Source: Microcoleus sp.
GTDB taxonomy: Bacteria > Cyanobacteriota > Cyanobacteriia > Cyanobacteriales > Microcoleaceae
Length of the DNA: 64,000 nucleotides
NCBI GenBank assembly: GCA_052279835.1
Contig: CP181291.1
Span: 4,768,001 to 4,832,000, forward strand
Reading direction: 5' to 3'
How positions within the stretch are numbered: position 1 is the first letter of the stretch; each line of letters begins with the position of its first letter. A program made the translations under genes and the position numbers. Positions 21,229-29,389 of the stretch are shown piece after piece. The notes beneath the pieces were generated by a model, which saw nothing but the letters and a program-made list of their open reading frames with translations, was not told where the DNA came from and ran no database searches.

Positions 21229-21593
21229 CTAACCCCATTGTCAACCGCCGTCGCATTGATGGCCTCAAAGACATTGCCTACGCTTGCAACCTCACAAATG
21301 AACAAGCCCGAATCTTTGGAAAACTTTCCAAAACCTCAACTTGGGAAGCACTCTTAAAATCCCACAACCTAGAGTACGAAACAAAATCTGAGATATCACA
21401 CAACATAGTAGCGACTGCTTCCCAGGAAAATTCCCATCAGATTAACTTCTTTGAATGGGTAGATTTTGGGCAACTCATCACACTCACTCTTGCAGGTGTG
21501 GGACTGTTTGCGCTGCTGTTAAGCCTGTGGCCTCGCACCCTGAATTTCATACCCCATCCAGTCAAAATCACCATTCAAATAGGAGCAAAGTAA
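21225..21593 (+). CDS. Hypothetical membrane protein
   Basis: ATGA overlap with the previous gene; C-terminal TM helix. Confidence 0.75.
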   Translation: MTNPIVNRRRIDGLKDIAYACNLTNEQARIFGKLSKTSTWEALLKSHNLEYETKSEISHNIVATASQENSHQINFFEWVDFGQLITLTLAGVGLFALLLSLWPRTLNFIPHPVKITIQIGAK

Positions 21594-22100
21594 ATGGGAC
21601 GCATGAACAAGATTTTCAAGAACGAAACATCTACTGATGGCGGTTTAGTACACGGAGGTCACGGGATAGACAAATCTGTAGTCATGGCTGCTACCAGTGC
21701 CGATGCCATCAGCCCTTTGAATCCCGGTAAATTCACCGCAGCCGACCGCAGTGTCCCCATCATCGAAAAACCCCGCTACTTCACAGAAGAAGAAGCCGAT
21801 GCGATGAAGACGCTGGCAAAAGAAAAGACTGAAGGTGCACGTCAAGCCAAACGAGCCTATGAAGCTGCGGGCAAAATCGAAGAAGCCGATGCCAAAGTCC
21901 ACAAACACCACCGCAAATATGAGGGCGTGGTTGCCGATAACGAACTCGTAAAAAAGCGCGCTGATGCCCGACTTGGCAAACACCTTCACGGATTACGCCC
22001 CGCCTACGCCCGACTAGGTATGAGTCTTGACCAAGCTGCGAGTAATGCCGATACCCGTATTGGCGCAATCAAAGCGAAATTATTAGGAGCAAAACAATGA
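21594..22100 (+). CDS. Hypothetical coiled-coil protein
   Basis: AGGAG RBS; abuts the previous stop codon. Confidence 0.75.
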   Translation: MGRMNKIFKNETSTDGGLVHGGHGIDKSVVMAATSADAISPLNPGKFTAADRSVPIIEKPRYFTEEEADAMKTLAKEKTEGARQAKRAYEAAGKIEEADAKVHKHHRKYEGVVADNELVKKRADARLGKHLHGLRPAYARLGMSLDQAASNADTRIGAIKAKLLGAKQ

Positions 22101-22366
22101 CAAAGGCGATCGCAATGCTCAACGATTTTTTGATGCTTGCGATTGCCTCCAGCTTTCTGTGCTGGGTGGCATCGCTACATCCACAAGCTCTAGCTCTAGT
22201 CCGAGCCGTGTACGTGGTTTTTGCCTTACTCTGGATGCTGAGTTGGATGCTTGATGACTGGTTGGTCATGAGACTACGAATCAACATCCTTACCTTGCAG
22301 GGGGTATTAGTCTTAGGCTTAGCTGCATCTGTAGTTGGTTTGGGGGTGATGCTATGTCGGTCATAA
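22097..22366 (+). CDS. Small multi-TM membrane protein
   Basis: AGGAG RBS, ATGA overlap, about 3 hydrophobic segments. Confidence 0.7.
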   Translation: MTKAIAMLNDFLMLAIASSFLCWVASLHPQALALVRAVYVVFALLWMLSWMLDDWLVMRLRINILTLQGVLVLGLAASVVGLGVMLCRS

Positions 22367-22923
22367 AGATTTCAGCCCTAACTTGCTCAGGCTTCATTCT
22401 CTGGCTAGCACCACCGTTCATCCTCAGCCGTAAAATCCCGTTGCACAACATGACCACAGGATTAGCTTTGATAGGTGGTTTCGCTTGCTGCTTTGAAGCC
22501 CGCAGAGTTGCCATCAAGCTCAGTCAGGCTGAAGACTTTGAAGCGATGAAGGAAGCCGTCATTGTGGCTGATACTGTGGACGAATTAGCAACATCTGCTT
22601 ACATCTCTGAACAGCAACGACGGATGGAGGCTGAATCTATCCTCAATGTGGGTTCGGAGGCTGTCGAACATCTCGAACGCGCTCTAGCATTGACTTGTGA
22701 AGATGAGTCAGAGTGTGAACGTTCTGAGGGCAAAGAATCAAATCAGCTAGCTAAAATTGACTCTGAACGTTCAGAGAACGACAAGGCTGAACGGGTACTT
22801 CAACTCAAAGCTAAGGGATGGGGCAAAGCTAAAATCATCTTTGAAATATGGGGCATATCCAAAGGTGGCAGCGCAAAATACAAGGCTGCTGAGGCTGAGT
22901 ATAAGCGCCTGGTCGGGGAATGA
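22354..22923 (+). CDS. Membrane-anchored protein with putative C-terminal HTH/winged-helix domain
   Basis: Two N-terminal hydrophobic segments. The C-terminal domain is conserved in the paralog fragment at 14983. Confidence 0.75.
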   Translation: MSVIKISALTCSGFILWLAPPFILSRKIPLHNMTTGLALIGGFACCFEARRVAIKLSQAEDFEAMKEAVIVADTVDELATSAYISEQQRRMEAESILNVGSEAVEHLERALALTCEDESECERSEGKESNQLAKIDSERSENDKAERVLQLKAKGWGKAKIIFEIWGISKGGSAKYKAAEAEYKRLVGE

Positions 22924-23079
22924 AAACCGAGCGATTTTCACTCAAAAACCCACTTTCCTGAAACCCTATCTCTGTCTACGTTTCCCGCGAAAAACTCACT
23001 CGTCGATACTAAGTATCGACGACGTTCAGCCCGCTTAGTCAAAATCAGTGTTCAAAACGCACTATTCATTAGGAAAATT

Positions 23080-23289
23080 ATGCCCACAGGAAAACCAAAA
23101 GTCGGAGTGGTATATCGCATTGCAGGCGCAGCCGTAAACCCACCCGTGTGTATACCCGCTAAAACTTATGAGAAGAAATACTTTGTCTCACTCTTTCAAA
23201 TCAAACGATTGCTGGCAAAGAATCTGTTATGTGGAGTGAGGTACAAGCGACGGCTATTTGTCGAAGACGTACCACCACCACTAAAATAA
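23080..23289 (+). CDS. Small basic protein (possible DNA-binding or excisionase-like)
   Basis: AGGAAA RBS; 69 aa, K/R-rich. Function is inferred only. Confidence 0.5.
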   Translation: MPTGKPKVGVVYRIAGAAVNPPVCIPAKTYEKKYFVSLFQIKRLLAKNLLCGVRYKRRLFVEDVPPPLK

Positions 23290-23293
23290 AACG

Positions 23294-23755
23294 ATGGACT
23301 TAGTGACGCAGGAAAAAATCGTAAGACTACTTTGGGGTCGCTGTCCTCATGACGAGCCTTTAAAGTTTTTTTGGGAATACCAAAGAGAAATTTCAGGGAA
23401 ACGCCCAACCTTCTTAAAGGTGGCTATGCAATATGCTAACAAAAGCCTTATAGCAAGGCTCAACGACAAGCGGAGCCTAGACAAATCTTTTAGGCTCATA
23501 GTCAGTAGAGTTGGGATTATCCTGCCTGATGCCTTTAGACCAGGGTTTTGTTCTATCAAGGATTTTTTCAGTGACAACCCCGATACGTTCTCAATCTCGG
23601 TCAGAAGTTTAGTTGAGTTTCGGAGTTTTATCGAGAGTCTAGAATCTTCTCAATCTGAACCTTACGAGAGTCCTCCCAAAGGCTTTATCCCACTTCCCGA
23701 CGCCGAAATAGGTGGCTGTGCTCGCAACGACAGCTTAATCGCACCCGCAATCTAA
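23294..23755 (+). CDS. Hypothetical protein
   Basis: 153-aa ORF co-oriented within the element, starting 4 nt after the previous stop. Confidence 0.6.
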   Translation: MDLVTQEKIVRLLWGRCPHDEPLKFFWEYQREISGKRPTFLKVAMQYANKSLIARLNDKRSLDKSFRLIVSRVGIILPDAFRPGFCSIKDFFSDNPDTFSISVRSLVEFRSFIESLESSQSEPYESPPKGFIPLPDAEIGGCARNDSLIAPAI

Positions 23756-23885
23756 CTTTGCCGGGGCGGTTCCACCTATTCGCTCAAATTTTCAAAAAAG
23801 TAAACACCAAAAAACCGCTGCTCTCTAATTGGAACCTAGCTTGCAACGGCTTTTGGATTCATTCATACCACGAGTGGTAATTACC

Positions 23886-26800
23886 ATGAATAATAACTCA
23901 CTGAACGGTCAAACAGCAAGTACCGCCGGACTAATTTGTGCAACCAAGACTAATCCATGCCCCCACTGCGGTAAACCAGACTGGTGCTACTCCATAGGCG
24001 ATTTATCGGTATGTAACCGCGACCAACCGCCCGCTACTGGTTGGGAGACAACAAGCAAGAAAGACAAAGAGGGCCACTACTTTTACGCCCGTCCTCAAGA
24101 AAAGAAGGCAATTCGGCCACGACAAACTCGCAACTGGATTTACTTCGATCGAGCCGGTAATCCACTTGTGCGTGTTGTACGGTTTGACGATGGAGAAGGG
24201 GGTAAACCTAAGTGGCATCAAGAAAGTTGGGGTAAGTGCAAAGCTTCCAGGCAGATTGGTTGGGTAGTCGGAGTCGAAGGTATTACCCGCGAGAATATCC
24301 CGATTTACCGTTACGCCGATGTCAAAAAGGCGATCGCAAATAATGAACTAATTTTCATTGTTGAGGGCGAAGGTTGTGCTGACATTTTGTGGGATTTAGG
24401 TTTGGCTGCTACCTGCAACATTGGTGGCTCCAAGAAGTGGCGAAGCTCTGACACAAGCGATTTAGAGGGTGCAAAAATTGTTATCTGTCCCGATCGGGAT
24501 GAACCAGGTATTGAACACGCCAATTTATTGCACCAAGAATTTCCCGATGCTCTCTGGCTCTACGCCTATCCAGATTCACCAGTCTGGAACAACCTGCCAA
24601 AAAGTCAGGGACTGGACATAAAGGACTGGATGGATAGCTGCAAAGTTACACGGACTGAAATTTTGGCTGCGGTTGGAGAGAAGAAGGAGACTCAGCAAAT
24701 ACTAAAGGTTGACCGACAGCTAAAACCCAAAGCCCTTGATTTCTCGGTTTTGAGTTCTGAAATTGACCAACTATTAGCCAAAGACTTGAGACCGTCAGAA
24801 CTCAGAATCAAGCTTGCAGAATTGAGTCAAGAGTATCGCCTCAGTCCGCAAGAAGTTCTCAAGATTTACCAAGAGAAGCAGCACGAACAAGAACAAGAAC
24901 AAGAACAAGAAGATACGGCAACAGAAGTTGCACGCTTAATCGCATCCAAGTCTGCGAGTCTAAATCTCTCCGAGATATTGCCAGAGACCTTAGCAGAACC
25001 GATCGAGCGTTTGGCAAAAATGCTAAATCTCAGACCAGAGTGCTACCTATTGGCGCTACTAACTCAGTGTGGGAGTTTGCTCAAGGCCGACACTAGCACG
25101 ATGCTACACTCCCCAACCAACTACCGAGTCAGACCTAACTACTTTGGGGCGATAGTAGCTGAGAGCTCTCAAAAAAAGACTCCGATTCTACGGGCTATCA
25201 TCAGCGACCCAATGGAAAAATTACTCGACAAAGCTAGGAGTGATTTTGAAGGCGCTGAGGCGGTTTACGAAATCGAAATGGCTAACTGGAAAGCAAGTAA
25301 GGATGACGATAAAGGGCCCGCACCAAAGCCACCCGTCCGCAAGGTCTACTATTTCACAAAACCAACAGGGGAAGGCATAGCAGCGCAAGCTGGCAGGCTC
25401 CCAGAACAAGGGATGCTGTATTTATGTGACGAACTCGCAAGCTTATTTAAGTCGGCTAATCAGTACCGGGGGGGGAAAGGTTCAGACGAAGAAGATATGC
25501 TCGAATACTGGAGTGGGGGAGGCGCTGTAGTCCTACGAGCGGGTGGCATCACAGTTGACGTCAAGAATGTGTCGCTATCAATTTTCGGCAATATTCAGCC
25601 GAAAGTATTGGCGGGATTTGTTGGTGATGGTGATGACAATAACGGTAAGTTTGCCCGATTTGATTTTGTACAGCAACCTTTGGCGGCAACCAAGCTTTCA
25701 GGAAATTCACTGAAGATTGACCTAACTCCGATGCTAACGGCACTCTACCAGAGGCTAGATGCTCTGCCCCTGAACCGATTTGAACTAGATGATGCTGCTC
25801 ATGATTTATTCACTTCCTTCTATGACATCTGTGACGAACAAAGAGAGCGGCATCCAAAACAAGGAATGAGGGCGATGTTAGGCAAAGCCGCTGAGAAAGT
25901 TGGAAAGCTGGCAACCATCCTGCATTGTATTCACGCTGCACATCATGGCGGTGAGATTTCGCAATACATCTCTACTGAGAGTGTTCGAGCTGCTATCAAG
26001 TTCACGCAATACACGACAGAGCAAGCTTTGAACATAAATCTAGAGGTAGCTGAGTCGTCCGCGCTTGCTCCAAATTTGGTCAAGATTCTTTCGCTGGCAG
26101 AGCGCAAAGGGGGGACAGTTTCGGCTCGCGACGTAAGTCTAGCTTTTGACTCAAAGCACCGACCAAAGAATCAGCAAATTCGAGAATGGTTTGGGGAATT
26201 AGCATCTATGAAGTATGGGGAGGTTACATCTAAAGGTCAAAGTATCTTATTTACTACCTCTACCTTATCCACAGTATCCACATTAAGCCACAAGTCTTAT
26301 GTAGAAAAGGTTACAGGTGTAGATAACCCCTATCCACAGGTATCCACAGTATCCACAGTTTTAACCGATTTAGACAAGCAAAGTGTGGATAAGTGTGGAT
26401 ACAGTGTGGATAACCCTATCCACACCTTTAAACCCTTAACCAATAAAGCTTTAGAGGTTAGTGTGGATAGTGTGGATACAAAAACACCACCTTCAGAAAA
26501 TTCACAACCCCTAATGCAGAGCTGTACTACACAAAAAGCTGTTACTAAGCCAGAGCTAAAGGAAGGCGATCATGTTGTTGTCGCTCGTAGCGATAATTCC
26601 ATATATAGCCTTTCTCAGATAGATGAGGTGCAATAACAGCAGTGAGTAAACCAATTCCACAGGTCTTGCTCATCAATTTGCTCAAATGCGCTTACTATCG
26701 CCGAGTCTAATGCTTGATAGGTTCTCGCACCAAAAGTACGGAGAAGATACTTCAGCTTTGACCATACATTTTCAATTGGCGAAAAGTCGGGAGAATACGG

Positions 26801-27993
26801 GGGTAAAAATATTAACTTTGCTCCCGCTTTCTTAATGGCTTTTTCTATTTCTTCCCCTTTGTGAATACTATAGTTGTCCATCAATACACAAGCACCTTTC
26901 CAGAGTTTTGGCACAAGTTTTCTGATGATAAAAGCCTCAAAAGTAATCCCATCTATTGAGCCTAATAAATTCACTGATGTCAGCAGTTGTTTGACAGATA
27001 TTGCTCCCAATATCGAGACATTTTTGCCACGTCTATTTGGTTTAGGCCCAAGGGCTCTTGAGCCTTTTAACGACCGGGCATATAATCTAACCATAGCTAG
27101 ATTAACCCCCGACTCATCAATAAATATTAAATTATTCATATTCAGATTTCGGATTTGCTGCCAGAACTCATATCGAAGGTTTTGAACTCTGTCACTGCCT
27201 TTAGCTGAGGGGAAGAGAGTTTTTTTTTGTAAGTTATGTTCAACCGTTGTGCCATTCTTCCCATTGTAGCCCTACTGATATTTACGCCGATTTTTTGCTC
27301 GAGTAAATGACAGAGTTCTTCGAGGGTGGCATCGTTATTTTTTTCAATTAATTCCGCTAAAATAACCAGTTGTTCAGGTTTGAGTTTAAGTAGGCCCCCG
27401 CATCGATGAGTTTGAGGGGCAATACTTTGGGTTTGGCGATACTGTTTAAGCAATTTTTGAACGAAGCTAGTCGCCACACAAAACCGCTTGGCTATTTGTC
27501 TTTGTGAGATGGGCTCACTATGGTAAACATTAATTATTTTTTGTCGAAAGTCAATAGAATAAGATTTCATTTTTAGTAAGGTGTGATGCTTTTTACAATC
27601 AGGGAATAGCTGTGACCCGATCGACTGCTTTTGGCGATCGACTGCTTTTGGCGATCGACTGCTTTTGGCGATCGACTGCTTTTGGCGATCGACTGCTTTT
27701 GGCGATCGACTGCTGTGACCCGATCGACTGCTGTGACCCGATCGGGGCTTCAATCACAAGATTGAATTAGAGCTGTGCGATCTTTTTGAACTAAATATTT
27801 TCCACTCTGTTCTTGTCAGTTACATTGTATCTCATCTACCTGAGAAAGGCTATACCTAGGTCAACAGGGTCGTATTGCAGAGGTATGGTGGCTACGGGGT
27901 GGTAAGCAAGCTTTTACCATCCTGTTTGACAAGTTGGTTCATGGAATGCAGCGGGTGCAATTCCCCGCAGAGGACATTATGAAAATCTCATAA
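23886..27993 (+). CDS. Zn-finger/TOPRIM primase-DUF3987 helicase-like replicase, interrupted near its 3' end by IS630
   Basis: Has CPHCGKPDWC, IVEGE, PDRDEPG, AESSQKKTP, LCDEL and GNIQP motifs. Removing the IS restores ...DNSIYLGQQGRIAEVWW...IMKIS* (stop at 27993). Confidence 0.88.
26265..26478. repeat. Iteron cluster TATCCACA/TGTGGATA (DnaA-box-like), putative element origin
   Basis: About 12 copies in both orientations. Perfect TTATCCACA occurs at 26265, and on the reverse strand at 26384 and 26405. Confidence 0.8.
26615..27570 (-). CDS. IS630 transposase (two ORFs joined by frameshift at an A9 run near 27220)
   Basis: orfA has the MKSYSIDFRQKI HTH. orfB has FIDESG, MDNYSIHK and LPPYSPDFSPIE. 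Confidence 0.92.
27609..27745. repeat. 17/18-bp tandem repeat GGCGATCGACTGCTTTT / CCCGATCGACTGCTGTGA
   Basis: About 8 CGATCG-centred tandem units inside the IS630 left end. Confidence 0.93.
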
Positions 27994-28024
27994 ATGTTGC
28001 CTGACAACTAACGGCTAAAATCTT

Positions 28025-28049
28025 ATCCCCCCACCTTGGGGGGATTTTC
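28025..28049 (+). terminator. Putative terminator after the replicase gene
   Basis: ATCCCCCCA-CCT-TGGGGGGAT hairpin followed by TTT. Confidence 0.55.
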
Positions 28050-28180
28050 TGTGTCTTCACTACAAGGGGTGATAGTTACATAATAAATTTATGTAACTAA
28101 TTTATGTAACTCGTTGACAGTTACCTACAGGTTGCATGTAGTAGTTACAGAGACGTGTAAGTAACTTATAGGTAACTATC

Positions 28181-28639
28181 GTGACCAAACAATCCATCCC
28201 ATCAATATCAAGCGGACTGGTAGAACTAGAATCTGACGCTGTATTCGAGCTAGATTCTTCCAAGGGTAATAACTGGTTAGAATCCGTAACCTCGTTCAGA
28301 TTTATTCCTACTGACTCAAATAAGCCCTACACAGCACGTAAGGAATCGGGTAAAGGTGGTGATTACTGGTACGGTTACAGAAAAGAGGCGGGGAAGTTAC
28401 ATAAGCGTTACATAGGAAAGACCGCAGACTTAACCACTGCAAAGCTCGAAGAGATTGCACAAAACCTAAACACTCCCCCTGTGCCGCGTCACTCAGGGAA
28501 AGTTACAGACGTAGTTACAGACAGAGTTACAGGGAAAGTTACAGATACACGGATATCGACACTTGAAGAACAAATAAAAGCCTTGCAAGAATCTGTAAAA
28601 GCTTTACAGGATGTACTGCCGGGAAAATTGAGGGCTTGA
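28181..28639 (+). CDS. Putative DNA-binding protein (three-stranded beta-sheet type) with coiled-coil tail
   Basis: YTARKE...YWYGYRK..GKLHKRYIGK motif. The ORF ends at a slippery site. Confidence 0.75.
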   Translation: MTKQSIPSISSGLVELESDAVFELDSSKGNNWLESVTSFRFIPTDSNKPYTARKESGKGGDYWYGYRKEAGKLHKRYIGKTADLTTAKLEEIAQNLNTPPVPRHSGKVTDVVTDRVTGKVTDTRISTLEEQIKALQESVKALQDVLPGKLRA

Positions 28640-29022
28640 GTGATTCCCCTGAGTTACTCAAGCCTGGTACAGAGGTTACAGATAGTCAGTTACAGATTAA
28701 CATATGTAACTTAGAGGCTGAGAATGAGACTTTGAAAACTGATTATGCTGCGCTGCTGGAATCGGGCACTGTAGTTACCAATAAGCTCAGGGAGGAAGTG
28801 CGGGAATTGCGATCGCAACTTGAGACAGAACGCGCCGATCGGGAAGAAGTTGAAGCGGAACTCTCCGACCTGAGACAAAAATCAGTCACTGCCAGCCAAG
28901 AATTTCCAGAGCCGGCTGACTTGTTCAATCAGTTGAAAGGGCGGCGTAAAAAGTCCAGAACAGACTTGGCAGACATTGAGGTGATTCTAGGGTTGCTTAA
29001 TCAAGCTGGCAGTTCGTTGTGA
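28636..29022 (+). CDS. Coiled-coil protein, probably the -1 frameshift extension of 28181-28639
   Basis: TTG start in the -1 frame, open from the G_GGA_AAA heptamer. The C-terminus is conserved in the paralog at 18767-19046. Confidence 0.7.
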   Translation: MSDSPELLKPGTEVTDSQLQINICNLEAENETLKTDYAALLESGTVVTNKLREEVRELRSQLETERADREEVEAELSDLRQKSVTASQEFPEPADLFNQLKGRRKKSRTDLADIEVILGLLNQAGSSL

Positions 29023-29088
29023 GGAAACTATTACTTACTACTGACAGCGAGGTATTTTGTGGGGAAGGGCTGGATGATGGTCAAAATT

Positions 29089-29174
29089 TGATACTCACTT
29101 GATACTCAGTTGATACTCAGTTTGGTCATTTTCTCGTCAAAATGTAGTCAGTTGATACTCAGTTGATACTCAGT
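29089..29174. repeat. Integrase arm-type repeats TTGATACTCAG (11-bp period, 5 copies)
   Basis: Three copies at 29089-29121 and two at 29152-29174. Confidence 0.78.
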
Positions 29175-29203
29175 TCGACCCATTACAAAGCCCAATTCCG
29201 AGC

Positions 29204-29250
29204 AAAAAAAAGCCTCAAACCGTTGATTTCTCGTTAGTTTGAGGCTTTTT
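29204..29250 (-). terminator. Element-supplied terminator downstream of tRNA-Gly
   Basis: AAAAAGCCTCAAAC...GTTTGAGGCTTTTT inverted repeat with A/T tails. Confidence 0.7.
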
Positions 29251-29258
29251 GTTGTAAG

Positions 29259-29329
29259 AGCGGGCAGCGGGAATCGAACCCGCATAGTTAGCTTGGAAGG
29301 CTAAAGTTTTACCACTAAACTATGCCCGC
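29259..29329 (-). tRNA. tRNA-Gly (anticodon TCC)
   Basis: GCGGGCATAGTTTAGTGGTAAAAC-TTTAGC-CTTCCAA-GCTAA-CTATGCGGGTTCGATTCCCGCTGCCCGCT folds as a cloverleaf. Confidence 0.96.
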
Positions 29330-29341
29330 ACACAGTCTCTA

Positions 29342-29370
29342 ACAATACCGTAAAGTTCTGGAAATAGCAA
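29342..29370 (-). promoter_or_regulatory. Putative tRNA promoter
   Basis: Minus strand reads TTGCTA-17 bp-TATTGT just upstream of the tRNA. Confidence 0.55.
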
Positions 29371-29389
29371 GAGATTTTGGAAAGTTTTT

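Larger units (their letters stand above)
26606..27852 (-). mobile_element. IS630-family element with TA target duplication
   Basis: TIRs TAGCCTTTCTCAG(A/G)TAGATGAG at both ends. TA is duplicated at 26604-5 and 27853-4. Confidence 0.93.
19225..29301. mobile_element. About 10-kb integrative element in tRNA-Gly (integrase plus primase/DUF3987 replicase; satellite- or IME-like)
   Basis: Flanked by a 43-bp direct repeat of the tRNA 3' half. A tyrosine integrase sits at one end and matching arm repeats lie inside both ends. Confidence 0.92.

Noticed and set aside
26265..26478. Chromosomal oriC
   Set aside because: It lies inside a mobile-element gene with no dnaA/dnaN context.
27571..27753. N-terminal extension of IS630 orfA
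   Set aside because: It is a translation of the tandem repeat. The real start is more likely the ATG at 27570.
19225..29301. Intact prophage or inovirus
   Set aside because: No terminase, capsid, tail or Zot/pI ATPase motifs were recognised.
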